64,000 bases of DNA from the NCBI RefSeq assembly GCF_009914755.1, contig NC_060927.1; one strand, written 5' to 3'. The stretch comes from the human T2T-CHM13v2.0 reference genome, Homo sapiens. How positions within the stretch are numbered: the stretch's first letter is position 1; each line of letters begins with the position of its first letter. Shown here piece after piece: positions 1 to 18,674 of the stretch. Position numbers and translations under genes: made by a program. Under the pieces are notes generated by a model. The model did no database searches and was not told where the DNA came from. It saw only the letters and a program-made list of their open reading frames with translations.

Positions 1-209
<209 letters not shown>

Positions 210-867
210 TTATTAAGCCCCTATGTGCCAGGCAGTATCCCGGCACATCAGGCTCTTTGTCTCATTTAATCCTCTCAGTCACTCTTCAGTATAGGGATTT
301 CCCCTCTATTGCTACACAGGAAGACACTGAGGGTCAGAGACACCCCACAGCTAATAAGTGGTGGCATGCCATCTGAATCCCTGCTTGCCCTACTTTTGCC
401 CTTCCCCCTGGGTTCTCTGGGTCAAGAAACATCTCCATTCCCCTAAGGTCCCTTGAGCCTCAATGATTCCTGATTCCCTTAACTCTCTATTCATCTCCTT
501 GTCCCCTCCCAGCCAACTTTCCCCTTTCTACCGCCCTTCTATTCTATTTTTAAAAAGTCAAGCCTTTTTTAACAGTGGCTCCTGAAAGTCATACAAGCCT
601 CACCAATTCTTCCTTTGTCCTGAAGGCTTGGACCTAGCATCTGCCCCCAAGGTTGGCAGGAGAGATCTGGTGAGCCCTCCCCTCCTGTGCAGCTAGCCTT
701 CTCCAACCTTCCAGCATTAAGAGCTTGAAACCAGCTCTCAAAAAACTCTAATCCTGATGCCATTCATTCCAGTTCTCTGAAAGGGCTTAATTTCTCTTCA
801 TACATCTGCCTTATCAAATACTTTCTTCCTTTCTGCAAGCAGCTTCTAGATTTCAACTCATTGAACC

Positions 868-1422
868 TGAAGGAAATAAAAATATTTCACCCCCAAATAT
901 AGCTCCATGATATAATGAGTATTTTAAATTAAAAACTCTTAGAGGTCAACAAGCGCTGTAAGGACTGATCCACCAAAGAAGAACTATTGCTCCTGTTCCC
1001 CTCCCTGTTATGTCATTATCCACTACAGGAAAGAAGACCGAGAAGGAAACCACCCCTGAGCTGACCCTTCATCAAGATAAGGACTGTCTCCAAGGATCTT
1101 TAAATTCCAAGGAGAATTATCTACAAGTTCATTTTTGTTCCCAGATCCAATTATTCTCCCTAATAATCATTTATTGCCCCTCAACAGAATTCCTCTTCTC
1201 CCTTCTTCCATAACTTGTTTTACCAAGATCCAAGCCCCCTTTCTTTCTGTAACCTCAAGATGGTGTATAAGCTTCTATACCTCATCAGGAAGTTGGGTGT
1301 TCATGCTGAAGGTTCCTGGGTACACACATTAAATACAGTTGTATGCCTTTTTTCCTATTAGTCCATCTACTTCATGCCAGTGATTTTTCTGCAAAATTTT
1401 AGGAAGCCAATTGGCCTCCACA
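868..1422 (+). mobile_element. Solo ERV1-class LTR (MER34/MER39-like) in MUC13 intron 1
   Basis: Begins TGAAGGAAATAAAAATATTTCACCCCCAAATAT, ends CCACA, internal TATAAG and ATTAAA, approximate aacc TSD; family by recall. Confidence 0.6.
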
Positions 1423-2234
1423 ACCCTCACCTCTCAACATACTGCTGACCTCACCCACATGTGGCCCATAGAACCCTTCCTAACTCAGAACAGAGAGTAC
1501 ATGTCTGAAGTCTAATCAACGTGACAATTACTCCCTATGGTTTAGCATTCTCAAATTCAAGTACATTTGTGAAAGGAGGCTTTTTGCTGTGGTCAGCTCT
1601 CTGATTATCATGAGAGGGGATCCAGAACGCTATAGTAGAGAACTGGGTCCTTGCAACCTACTTAGTCCTTCTTATCTGGCCTCAGGAACTCTCAAAGAGA
1701 AACCTCTGGTTTGCTGAGCCCCCAGATCTCACTCCATAGACCACTTCTTCCCCCCACCCCTACAAGATGGAGTCTCGTTCTGTCACTCCGTGTCATCTCA
1801 GCTCACTGCAACCTCCACTTCCCAAGTTCAAGCGATTCTTTCTGCCTCAGCCTCCTGAGTAGCTGAGACTACAGGTGCCCACCGCCACACCTGGCTAATT
1901 TTTTTGTATTTTTAGTAGAGATGGAGTTTCACCATGTTGGCCAGGGTGGTTTCAAACTCCTGACCTCAAGTGATCCATCTGCCTCGGCCTCCCATATTGC
2001 TGAGATTACAGGCGTGAGCCACCGCGCCCAGCCCACAGACCACTTTTGCTATTGCTCTATCTTCCCCATCACAGGATAAAATGTCTGTGTCTTTGAGCTG
2101 AGCTGGAGAGGAAACTTCATTTATAAAATAGACCATGTGCTGGGCTGGGAGAATTGGTAGCTATAGGCCTGCTGATTCTACCTCAAAGACAACATACATG
2201 ATTGGAAGAATTAAAATGTAAAAATATTCCTTAC

Positions 2235-2286
2235 CTGTGTTTACAGAAAGGAGAGCAAGAAGAGTAAGATGAATGATGGCTTTCAT
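2235..2286 (-). CDS. MUC13: MUC13 coding exon 1 (signal peptide MKAIIHLTLLALLSVNT, phase-1 donor); rest of gene lies left of the window
   Basis: Reverse complement reads aaaATGAAAGCCATCATTCATCTTACTCTTCTTGCTCTCCTTTCTGTAAACACAG|gtaagg: 52 nt, hydrophobic signal peptide matching the recalled mucin-13 N-terminus, canonical donor; synteny with HEG1 agrees. Confidence 0.95.
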
Positions 2287-2420
2287 TTTAGCTGTTCTTG
2301 CTTGGTAATCTGAGGAGGAAATGATTTCCCTTCCTGGCTACCTTTCGTTTTAACTGTCTTTCGGGTACAAAGTCCAGTCATTAATTGACGTCAAACCACA
2401 GAAAGGCAATTATAGCTAGC
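2287..2420 (-). promoter_or_regulatory. MUC13: MUC13 5'UTR and proximal promoter
   Basis: TATA-like TTAAAA (minus, 2348-2353) implies a TSS near 2320; HNF4-type CAAAGTCCA 2368-2376, degenerate HNF1/homeobox GTCATTAATTGAC 2377-2389, perfect CRE TGACGTCA 2386-2393, RUNX AACCACA 2394-2400. Motifs seen; function inferred. Confidence 0.7.
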
Positions 2421-3250
2421 ATTTGGCCAAATACCATAGGTCTCTTCCGAGCTTTTGAGATAGAAGAGGTGGAGCTGGCCTTACGAATCATTTTTCTGAC
2501 TCAAAGCCCAAAATAAGTCAGGACATTCCAAATATCCTTGTGAGGTTGGTGGCACATGAGTTTGGTTAATCTCTTGATATCTCAAATGTCTCCAAGCTGC
2601 CATCTTTTAGGAGGTCACCATTCCATTAAACATTCAATAACAAACTGTGCTCTACTCACCCACATATGAGTGCAGGAAACCACTTTCCTCCAGCTGTAGT
2701 TCTGAGAATCCCTGAAGAGGACTTACATGTTTCCCAAAATTATTAGTTGCTTAACTTTTGTCACTGTATGCTGGGGACTACCATTCCGGGCCTCTCTGAT
2801 GGTCATGTCTAGCAACTTTGTAATCACATCTCCAAGCTTCTGTGACTCTACCTGGATACAGCCCCCAATAAAGTTCCCAAGCACAATGGACATCACATCA
2901 TGGCATTTAACCTAACTTTACTGAAGTCTTGTGGGTGACTGGTGTGTTGGGGAGTTGGCAATAAAGTACAGAAAAGAGAAAACTTAGAACAGCTGATTTG
3001 ATCTCTCTGCTCCTGGCCACTCATTGGGCAGGCCCCACTTCTCAGTTCCCTTTCTCACCCTCTCTCTAGTTCCTCAGCCCCTCACCTCTCACCATGTGTC
3101 AGGAACCAGCTTTACTGCTTGGATTTGGGTCTTCTTAATCTAATTTTCCCTCCTTAAAGTCCAGGGCCCCAACTCTACTGTGTCTAGCCCCAGCCAGAGG
3201 AATATAAACTAATGATACCTTGTGAGTTGTGGCTAGAGTTTTGAGTTTAA

Positions 3251-3526
<276 letters not shown>

Positions 3527-3814
3527 TGATTACAAGCGTGTGCCACCATACCTGGCCTTTGGGTTTAAATTTTAACCCTGACCTTGATGAAAACAAAACA
3601 TTTTTGTATGATCGCCCAGCAGATAAGCTGCTTATTGTCCTAGAGTCTCCATTCAAGAATAAGACAGGGGTTTGTTCTTACATGGCTGAGAGGTCCATTT
3701 AAACACTTTTTCCAAAGCAAAGACACTTCTAAGGCCCATTATGTTATGCTATTATTCTCAGCTTGAATAACTCCTGGCATCAGGATTTAAACAAAGCCTT
3801 GTTTTTCTTTTCTT

Positions 3815-5060
3815 TTTAAACTAGCTTTATTGAGCTATAATTTATGTCAATAAACTGTATCTATTTACAGTGTACAGTTCAACGAATTTTGATTGATGTA
3901 TATACATGTGTAGCTACCGTTGCAACCAAGATACCGAGCATTCCCAACACACCCTTTGGGACTTTCCTCTTGTCCCTTTTTAGTGCTACATCCCCTATAC
4001 TCCACCCCAACCCCAGGTAACCATTGATCTGCTTTCTGTCTCTATAAATTAGTCTGCATTTTCTAGCATTTTATGTAAATGGAATCATACAGATGTAGTT
4101 TTTTGTTTTGTTTTGTTTTTTGAGCCAGTTTCTTTCACTTATAACCATTTTGAGACTCATCCTTGCTGTGTGAATTCATAGTTTGTTTCTTCTTATATCT
4201 GAACACTATTCCACTGTATCAATGTACCATGGCGTGTTTGGTAATTCATCTGTCGATGGACATTTGAGCTGTTTCTAGTTTTGACTATTACAAACAAAAA
4301 GATTATAAATAAGGCCAGGTGTGGTGGTTCATACCTGTAATCCCAGCACTTTGGGAAGCTGAGGCAGGTGGATCACCTGAGATCAGGAGCTGGAGATCAG
4401 CCTGGCCAATGTGGCGAAACCTCATCTGTACTAAAAATACAAAAATTAGCCAGGCATGGTGGCAGGCACCTGTAACCCCAGCTACTCAGGAGGTTGAGGC
4501 AGGAGAATCCCTTGAACCCCGGAAGTATTATTTGCAGTGAGCCAAGATCACGTCACTGCACTCCAGCCTGGGCAACAGAGCGGGACTTCATCTCGAGAAA
4601 AAAAAAAAAGTTATAAGTATTCATGTACAAGTTTTTGTATGAACATACACTTTCATTTCTTTAGGGTAAATATTTAGAATGGAATGGCTGCATCACATGG
4701 TAGCTATATAACTTTTTAATAAATGGTCAAATGTTTTCCTAAGTTGTTATGCCATTTTACATCAGCAATATATGAGAATTCCAGTTGTTCCCTATCCTTG
4801 CCAACACTTGGTATTGTCCGTCTTTATATTAGCTACCCTAAAGGGTATGTAGTGGCATCTCACTTTTGTTTTAATTTGCATCTCCTGATGACAAATGATG
4901 TTGAACATCATTTTATGTGCATATTAGTCACTCGTGTCTCTTCTTTTGTAAAGTACCTGTTCAAATAATTTGCACATTGTATCGTTGAATTGGTTTTCTT
5001 CTTGGTTTTTAATGGTAAAAGTTCTTTACATATGTATTGCAAATCTTTTCTCCTTTTCTG
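3815..5060 (-). mobile_element. Old L1M 3' fragment interrupted by an AluS (4313-4610)
   Basis: Typical L1M 3' motifs such as ccccaggtaaccattgatctgctttctgtctct and tttgcatctcctgatgacaaatgatgttgaacat. Confidence 0.75.
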
Positions 5061-6989
5061 TCATTTTTATATGGCATTTTAAACTTACTATATTCACTTT
5101 ATAAAAGCCTAACCAGGAATCTAGAAAAATTGAAAAAGTGGCCTGGGGTCACATAAGTAGCTGCAGGATCTCAAATGCAGGGTCTCAAATCCTGTCTCCT
5201 AAACTGGGAGAAGCCTATCACACCCCATCATGTCTTAGATTCAAGATATCAAGTGAGTAGCGCCCACAGTGCTCTATCACTAATGTCTACTGATGCCACC
5301 ATATTACAACAGTGTCAATATTTCCATGGTTTTCTATATTACTTATCTGCTGAGCATAGAATGAAAAGTATAACCAGGAAGGCATGGAGTACTGCCAAGC
5401 ATCTGGCTCCCTGACTCTTCCTTGGCCTTATCATCTGGAAAAATATGGGCAGCCAGAAAGTCAGGCAGTCCTCAAAGTATAAATCAGCAATCACCGGTAT
5501 GCCCGCTCCTAAAGCATCCACACAGGACTTCAGTACTGCAGGATGACAGAGACAATACACAGAGCTTTCATGAGGGAAACTGCTTCTTCCTCAGGGCTGA
5601 TGTTTCCTCACTAATGGAGGGAGTTTAATTCCTGAAACACTCCTGGCCTCTTGGCATGTCTTTATTCATTTTGCCCTAAAGGAAGAGTAGTGACTTATTT
5701 CAGAATAAACTGGGAATACTCACCTCAGATCCTGCAGTTTCCATTTGGGGAGATAACCTGGATTCAGGATTGTTGTGCCCAAGAAGGTAAGGATCCAGAA
5801 GGAGGGAGCCCTAAGCCACATTCTCAAAAATAAGCTTCTATAAAAGTAATATTTTGTCTCCATCTGTTGTACTCTGTGTTTTACTTCTCACAGAACTCAA
5901 AACCTGGATAGGAAAAAGGGTTGATATTTATTAGTATGAAATGGCTAAATTCTAAGTATTTATCTATAAGTCAAGAACACAGACTCCATTTTCCCACAGA
6001 AACAATGTTATATGTTGGTAACGTTGTCACCAAGTCAGCTAAAAAAAAAAAAGCTGTTTACCCATAATTACCTGGTTGCAAAAGAACTATTGTTCAGGGT
6101 GAGCTTTTCAATAATTCTATTGACTATGCAGAGGAATGGGACATGCCCATTAATCTAAAGCAATATCCAGTTATTTAGGCATAAACTCAAGAGAGCTATA
6201 TCAGAGCCATTTAGAATTAGAATTTGATCCATCAAGAGCCTCTCTAGCCAGGTGAGGTGGCTCACATCTGTAATCCCAGCACTTTGGGAGGCCAAAGTGG
6301 GAGGGTTGCTTGAGCCCAGGAGTTTGAGACCAGCCTAAGCAATATAGTGAGACCTTGTCTCTACAAAACAATTTTAAAATAATTATCTTAACATGGTAAT
6401 GCATGCCTGTAGTACCAGATACTTGGGAGGCTGAGGCAGGAGGATCCCTTGAACCCTGGAGGCGGAGGTTGCAGTGATCCGAGATTGCACTGCTGCACCA
6501 CGGCATGGGCGAGAGAGCGAGACCCTGTCTCAAACAAAAGAGCTCCTCTTTGGCTACTTTGATTCTGCAACACTGCAGTACCATGATAAGGCTCTAGAGG
6601 ATCATTAAAACATAAAATTCTATCAAGATTAAATAGTTAGACCCAAAGATTATTTTCTGTCTATAGAACCAAATGTAAATACATGTTAAGCTCCTATCTC
6701 CTTCTCACTAATTCCAGCCCCTCAATAGAGGTGTGAGTATAGCCTTCCCAGAGTCACTACTACCATTTACGGATATCACATTTAGATACTACATGAAGCT
6801 GATCAGCATTTTCCTCTCTAATTCAGAAGACCATTCCCAGAGAAATGACTTGTGGAATGCAATATTCCCAACTCAAATGTCTAATTGATGACACATTGAC
6901 AGAACCATTTCCACTCTTGCTTTTTATACCCTCTGAAATTAACTTTTCAGTGAATGGTTGCTTTACATGAGTAATGTTCAGGAGGGGGC

Positions 6990-7800
6990 TGTTCAGTCAC
7001 TCCCAGGTACTCGAGGCATCTCTGCACATCCATCAGGTATCGAAGATGAAGCAGTGAACAAGATGATGAAGGTCTCTGCTCTCCTGAAGCTTCTGTGAGA
7101 TCATGGGTAGTGGAGGTCGGCAAAAAAAGTAATTAAATACAATGATTTTAGAGAGTGGTCAATGCTCTGAAGAAAATAAAACACAACAATGGGATAGTGA
7201 CTTGTGGGGTATGAGGTGCTACTTTAAATAGGATGGTCAGCAAAACCTTCTTGCAGGAGCTGATATCGGAACTGAGAGCTGCTATTGAAGGGAAGCCTGC
7301 CATATAAACATCAGAAAAAGGGCATTCCAGCTAGAAAAGTAGTAAGTGCAAAGGCCTGAGGCCAGAACAAGTCTGGTGTGTTTGAAGAGCACCATGATTT
7401 AGGAGGAGACTGGGGGGAGATGTTGTCAGAGAGGCAGGCTGGGGCCTGATCCTACAGGATCTTAGAGGCTGTGGAAAGGAATGTGGATTTTATTCTAAGC
7501 ACAATGGCAGAAGCCATGGGAACATTTAAGCAGGAGAACAACAGGCCAGATCTTCCTTGGGGGCCTTATCTAAAGGAGCTGGTCTACTCGCCTGACCATC
7601 CCACCTCAGTTCGTTTCCTCCATAGCCCTCATCACAATATGTAATTACTTTGTCTCTTTGCTGGTTTAGCTACCTGTTGCCTAACTTCCATGAGAGTTTC
7701 TCTTCCCTGTCCACTCCTCTGTCTCCAGCATCCAGAACAGCTGGCACATGGCAGGTGCTCAGTAAAGATTTATGGAAGAAAGGAAGGAATGAATGAAGGC
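6990..7800. mobile_element. L2 fragments in both orientations
   Basis: Degenerate L2 motifs (gtgcaaaggcctgagg, ggattttattctaag) and an L2 3' end tggcacatggcaggtgctcagtaaa...gaatgaatgaa. Confidence 0.6.
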
Positions 7801-7917
7801 CGTCCGATTTGTTCTAGGTGCAGGGAACAGGGAATGCAAAGAAATAAGACACAGTTTGGGGTCTTCAGACCCACAGTGCATTCAGACAATTTATCTTCCA
7901 AAAGTTGGTTGTCATGA

Positions 7918-8208
<291 letters not shown>

Positions 8209-8331
8209 TAGCCAGGATGGTCTCAATGTCCTGACCTCGTGATCCACCCGCCTCGGCCTCCCAAAGCGCTGGGATCATAGGTGTGAGCCACTGTGCCCGG
8301 CCTTTACTCATCTTAAAGATGTTACAACTAA

Positions 8332-8684
<353 letters not shown>

Positions 8685-8997
8685 TAAAAATGTGTACAAT
8701 GATATCTCCAACTCTGGTGGGGGTGCAAATAATTCAATATGCTTTACAATTGCTACGTTGTAATATGCTACAATTTGGCAACAGGTATTAAGAGCAATTT
8801 AAAAATGTTCTTGGCTGGGCATGATTTTGAGAGGCCAGTGTGGGAGGATCACTTAAGTCCATGAGTTTGAGACCAGCCTGGGCAATACAGTGAGACACCA
8901 TCTCTACAAAAAATTAAAAAATTAGTCGAGCATGGTGTTGCATGCCTGTGGTCCCAGCTACTCAGGAGGCTGTGGTGGGAGGATTGCTTGAGCCTCA

Positions 8998-9117
<120 letters not shown>

Positions 9118-10582
9118 TTACCCTGTGACTGAGAAATTTACTTCTGGAACTTTATCTTAAATAATTTCTTCAAAAAAATCTTTTTTTTAAGTTTTGTAGA
9201 GACGGGGGTCTTGAACTCTGGCCTCAAGCAATCTTCCTGCCTCGGCTTCCCGAAGTGCTGGGATTACAGGCGTGAGCCACAGTGCCTGGTCAAGGAATAA
9301 TTTCAAATGAAGGGAAAATTATATGTACAGATATGTTTGCTGCAGTATTACATATATACAGTATAAATAATTGAAAACAACCTTACCCAACAACAGAGGT
9401 TTAAATGTGGTGACCACCCTTGATGAGAGGTAGGACTCTATCCACACACGGTACGATGCAGAAGACCGCAGCCGTGAGGGGAAGTGCTTATGGGGAAGTG
9501 CTTATTCTACTACAATAGAAGTTGAAGAGGCAGGATTCTCATTATATCTCTAATTATGTAAAAACCATGCCTCCATAATTTGCCTCCTTAAAGATAAGCG
9601 CTGGCAGGAAACACGAACACATGAAAATGACTTGCTTTGTTGGGTGGCAGGACGGCGGTCGAGCACTCTCATGGCTACTTCCACTTCTTACACCCACGAT
9701 GTAATGGGCTCAGAGAAAGGGTCAAGTACGAATGTATAGATTTTCTTTTTCTTTGAGAGACAGGGTCTCACTCTGTCGCCCAGGCTGCAGTGCAGTGGTG
9801 CAATCTCTGCTCACTGCAACCTCCGCCTAATCCTCCCACCTCAGACTTCCAAGTAGCTGGGACTACAGGCGTTGCAACCATCACGCCTGCCTAAATTTTG
9901 TATTTTTAATAGAGATGGGGTCTTACTATGTTGCCCAGGCTTGTCTTGAGCTCCTTAGCTCAAGGAGTCTGCCCGCCTTGGCCTCCCAAAGTGTTGGGAT
10001 TACAGACGAGAGCCGCTGCGCCGAGCCATGTGTTTAACCACTGGAGATGTGTTCCAAAACACCTTGACCTTCAAAAGGAGCAGGCATTGGCTTTTTGAGT
10101 CTTGGCTTATAAAATTTCACAATTGCTTATCTACTCACCTCACTGAGTTTAGTCAGCTCTAAAAATAAATTTCACATCATGAGAGATTTTGTGGGCTTCT
10201 TATTTTGTTATTTTATTTCATTTTATTATCTTTTGGAATGAAACTCTTGGAGAAGTTCTATAAAGAGATTTTCCCCAGGAAGGAGTTTGATTTCTCACCC
10301 ACTTCCTCCTCTACTCACCCATCAAGACTATGGGAGGTTTGACTGAGATCAGAAAGCTCTTGCGGTGGCCACAAATTGTAATTCAGATCTCTTCAGAGAG
10401 GAAGCGAGTGGTTCCAGAGATTAAAACATTGTCCTCAGAGATGCTAGCACCAGGCCTGGACTTGTTGCTCTGAGGAAAACTGAAAACAATGGGTGGGAGT
10501 AGGTTTGCCCCTCTTTGGGGTTTGTACCTCTCAGCCTTACCCAGTCCAGTTATTCCTAAAATGAGAGATGATACAACTAGGG

Positions 10583-10930
<348 letters not shown>

Positions 10931-11606
10931 CTTCGTGGCACACAAGATGATTTTAAGTGTCCATGGACACAGCGTTAGATAACAGTGATTCACTTGGAGG
11001 GGAAAGTTATGCCTTTTCAAATTTCAGTCATTCTGATTACACAATGAGAAAATCTCATGTATTGCTAAGATATCTTTAACTCTTCTCTAATAATTACGTA
11101 TTTCTCTTTGTGAGGAAGAGAGCTCAGGCCCCAGACACAGAGCCTTTGGCAACCAAACTCCTGGTAATCTAATAACACTTTATTTTTGTTTATGTTTCTT
11201 ATGGCTATTTTCTATCCATGGCAAAGGAAACTAGTTTTTTTTTCTTCTAAATTTGGGGTGGTGATGTAAAGTTAATTTGCTTTTATTTATTTATCTATTT
11301 TCTGGAGACAGGGCCTTGCTCTATCACCCAAGCTGGAGAACAGTGGCACCGTCACAGCTCACTGCAGCCTCAAACTGCTGGGCTCAAGTGAGCCTCCCGC
11401 CTCAGCCTCCTGAGTAGCTGGAACTACAGGCATGTACCACCATGCTTGGCTAAATCAGAAAAATTTTTTTTTTTTTTCATAGAGACAGGGTCTCAGCATC
11501 TTGCCCAAGCTCGTCTCAAACTCCTAGGCTCAAGTGATCCTCCATCTTGGCCTCCCAAAGCGCTGAGATTACAGGTGTGAACCACCACACCAAGCTGTAA
11601 AGTTTA

Positions 11607-11738
<132 letters not shown>

Positions 11739-12732
11739 CTACAAAAAAGTTTTTTTTTTTTTTATAAAAATTAGCCAAGCATGGTGGCACATGCCTGTAG
11801 TTCCAGTTACTCAGGAGTCTGAAGCAGTAGGGTCGCTTGAACCCAGGAGTTCAAGGCTGAGGCTGCAGTGAGCTATATCGTGCCACTGCACTCCAGCCTA
11901 GGTGACAGAGCCAGACAATGTCTCAAAAAAAAAAAAAAGAAAAAGAAAAAGAAAATTCAGTTAATTATTTTTTTAAAAAAGGTCAATTTCAACAAAAATA
12001 TGTAAGAAAGTGTAGTGATAATACATGATTTGTCAAAAATCATGAGGGAGGTACAAAACCGACAGGTTTGGAAAACACTGTGCTAGGGCACACCGTAGGG
12101 TGAATGGCAAGGAAGAGGGCCTTCGAAAGTGTGAGAGCAGAGAAGCAAACAGGTGAGTTAACTAAAAAAGAAATACACATTTTCTACCACATGAAAAATG
12201 TCACAACATGCTAATAAAAGAGAAAATTGAACAATGCCAGAGCTAGAGCTAAACTTATCAACTTTAATGCAATAGGAACCCATTCCTGGAAAGTCTCTCC
12301 GTGTAGCTGACAGTTCCGGGAGAACATAATGACATTTAGACAGACATGCAAAGCTTGAACTCAACTCACAACTATCTCCATAATCTTTAACTACACGTTC
12401 TATTTTATTGTTGTTGCTCCAAGTCACCTTTGCCAGAGGAAATCTTTGATTTGACTTTCTCAGAAACCTTTTACTTGATGGCAAATTTGCCTTTGACACA
12501 TACTCATAAGCAATTTCCTAGAGATTGCTTTAGCCCTGGGAACCAATTAGATACCATGATGTTGAGGTTATTTAACTGGCAAAGATGAAGAGAATGGCAA
12601 TGGTTGCTGTTGGCAATGATGTGTGGGAAACAGGCCTCAAACACAGCAGTAGGGAAGGTATTTAAACAGCCTTTGGAGGAGGGAAATTCAGCAATATGTA
12701 TCACAGACCTTTAAAATGGATCTATCTCTTGA

Positions 12733-13158
<426 letters not shown>

Positions 13159-13161
13159 TAG

Positions 13162-13290
<129 letters not shown>

Positions 13291-14142
13291 TAAAACTATA
13301 TAAATGTCTAAAAGTTGTGGCTTGGTCAAGACAAATTTGGTGAGTTCATGAGAAGGGTCTTGTGTAGCCATTAAAACTCAGCTTATAGTTGATAACAAAG
13401 GAAACTTGCAACAATATGTTGAATTTAGGGTTTTTCCTTCATTCACCAAATACTTGAGAGTACCATGAGCACTATCAGGGACAGACACTGTTCTAGGCTC
13501 TGGAGATACAGCAATGAACTAGAGCCATCATTTCTGCAGCAAGAACTGTGCAGAGTACTTTTATAAAGGACACATTCAGGATATGGTGGGAGCATGTTTA
13601 ACAGGAAAACCTCACCTTGAAACATTGTGATGTTCACCCAGTAAGAACAATACCCAGCAGGGGTAGGCATACAGTAGGCACTCAATAAATAGCCCTTGAT
13701 TGAGTTTCTTTAGGGGCAAATATCCCAATCTCAGCACTACCCTGGTTAGCAGCTGCCATGCAGGTCAGGACCAGAAACCACCCTTCCCTCTGAGCTCCTG
13801 CCCTGATGCTGGGCCTGACTCCCTCATGAGGCTCCTTTCTTTACAGCAACTCCTCTCCAGAGGTCCTGGTTTCTCCTTTGCAATTTAGCCTTGGTCAGTG
13901 TTTGCATTTGTCTTAATACTGTTTGCAGAATTCAAGTCACCTCCCTTCGTCAGAAAGATCCTTTAGGGTCTCTATAAATCACTAGAAGGAGGGTGAGAGG
14001 TAAGAGGTGAGGCTGGGGCAATACTGTCTATGGAACTCTCCAGAAGGGATCACATCCTAATGCCTGCTGCGTAAATAACCTGCCCTGCAAATATTTACAG
14101 TGCCTTGAAAAATATCTCCATATTGCCAATAATGGCTTCTTA

Positions 14143-14650
<508 letters not shown>

Positions 14651-14844
14651 AACTAGTTACCAATAGGACGTAATCTCTGGGATTCTTTCCTACCTTGAAA
14701 AAAACTTACATTTTCAATGGAAATAACCTGAAGTTCTTACAGAGCTGAGCTCCTAGGGTGGTGTCCTCACATGGACCAAGCATGGAGTAGTATGAATGAT
14801 TGCTTTCCCCATTGCCCCAACTTGGAGAATTAAGAGTGAGCTGG

Positions 14845-16190
14845 ATACCATTTCATAGTCGCTAGAATAACCATCAACAAAAAAGGTAATTGCAAGTGTT
14901 GGTGGGTACGTGGAGAAATTGGAACTGTGATACACTGCTAGTGAGAATGTAAAATGGTGCAGCCAATCTGGAAAATAGTATGACAATTCCTCAAAAAGTT
15001 AGACATAGAGTTATGATTTTGATGCAGTAATTCCATTCCTAAATATATACTCAAGAGAAATGAAAATATGTCCACACAAAAAACTCATACATGAATATAC
15101 ATAGCAGCATTATTCATAATAGCCAAAAGGTAGAAACAACTCAATGTCATCAACTGATGAATAGATAAACAAAACGTGGTATATCTATGTAATGGAATAC
15201 AGATGCTCTTCAGCTTACAATAGAGTTATGTTCCAATAAACCCATTATAAGTTGAAAACATCATAAGTTGAAAATGCATTTAATACATCCAACCTACCAC
15301 ACATTATTACTTAATCTGGCCTACCTTAAACATGCTTGGAACAGTTACATCGTCTATGGTTGGGTAAAACCATGTAACACAAAGTCTATTTTATAATAAG
15401 TTTTGAATATCTCATGTAATTTCTTGAATGCTGTATTGAAAGTGAAAACAGTATGGGTACCACTGTAAAGTCAAAAGATCATAAGTGAAATTATTATAAG
15501 TCAAGGACCGTCTATATTATTTGACCATAAAAAGGAATGAAGTACTAACTACATGCTACAACATAGATGAACCTTGAAAATATTATGCTAAGTGAAAGGA
15601 GCCAGACAAAAAAGACCACATATTGTATGATTCCATTTATAATAAATGTTCAGAATAAGCAAATCCACAGAGGCGAAAAACAGTCTAGTAGTTGTCAAGG
15701 GATTGAGGGGCATGGGGGGTTTGGAGTATGATGGCTGAGAAGTTCAGGTTTCTTGTTGGAATGATGGAAATGTTTTAAAATTGATTGTTAATGATTGTGG
15801 TGATGCGCTGAATTTACTTTTTATTTTTATTTTTTATTTTTGAGACAGAGTCTCACTTTGTTGCTCAGACTGGAGTACAGTGGCATGATGTTGGCTCACT
15901 GTAACCTCTGCCTCCTGGGCTCAGGTGATCCTCCTGCCTCAACCTTCCGAGTAGCTGAGATTACAGGTGCTCACCACCACGTCCAGCTAATTTTTGTATT
16001 TTTAGCAGAGTTGGGGTTTCACCATGTTGGCCAGGCTGGTCTCAAACTCCTGACCTCAAGTGATCCTCCCGCCTTGGCATCCCAAAGTGCAGTTTGAGCC
16101 ACTGTACCTGGCTGATGCACTGAATTGAAATGAGTGAATTAAATTGTTTGGTGTGTGAATTATATCTCAATAAAACTGTTACCAAAAAAA
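14845..16190 (+). mobile_element. L1MB-type 3' end with nested MER47A and Alu (15815-16113)
   Basis: gtgagaatgtaaaatggtgcagcc, gcagcattattcataatagccaaaagg, ending tgtgaattatatctcaataaaactgtt plus A tail. Confidence 0.8.
15200..15514. mobile_element. MER47A-like TcMar-Tigger element
   Basis: Starts ta|cagatgctcttcagcttac, ends taagtcaaggaccgtct|ata; degenerate TIRs at TA target sites. Confidence 0.75.
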
Positions 16191-16289
16191 AAAAAAAAAG
16201 AATTTTTTTCTTTTAATGAGTTAGGACTGATTAGATGGAAACCCCTCCAGGGCAATTTGAGACAGGACCGACTTAAAGGAAATTTTTAC

Positions 16290-18270
<1,981 letters not shown>

Positions 18271-18291
18271 AAAAGAAAAGAAAATGGGCTA

Positions 18292-18528
<237 letters not shown>

Positions 18529-18566
18529 CTACACTCCAGCCTCAGTGACAGAGTAAGACTCTATCT

Positions 18567-18643
18567 CAAAAAAAAAAAAAAGAAAAGAAGAAGAAAGAAA
18601 GAAAGAAACAAAGAAAGAAAGAAAGAAGAGAAAGAAAGAAAAG

Positions 18644-18674
<31 letters not shown>

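Noticed and set aside
12158-12499. 113-aa minus-strand ORF in unique sequence
   Set aside because: GTG start and no recognisable homology; the region looks more regulatory than coding.
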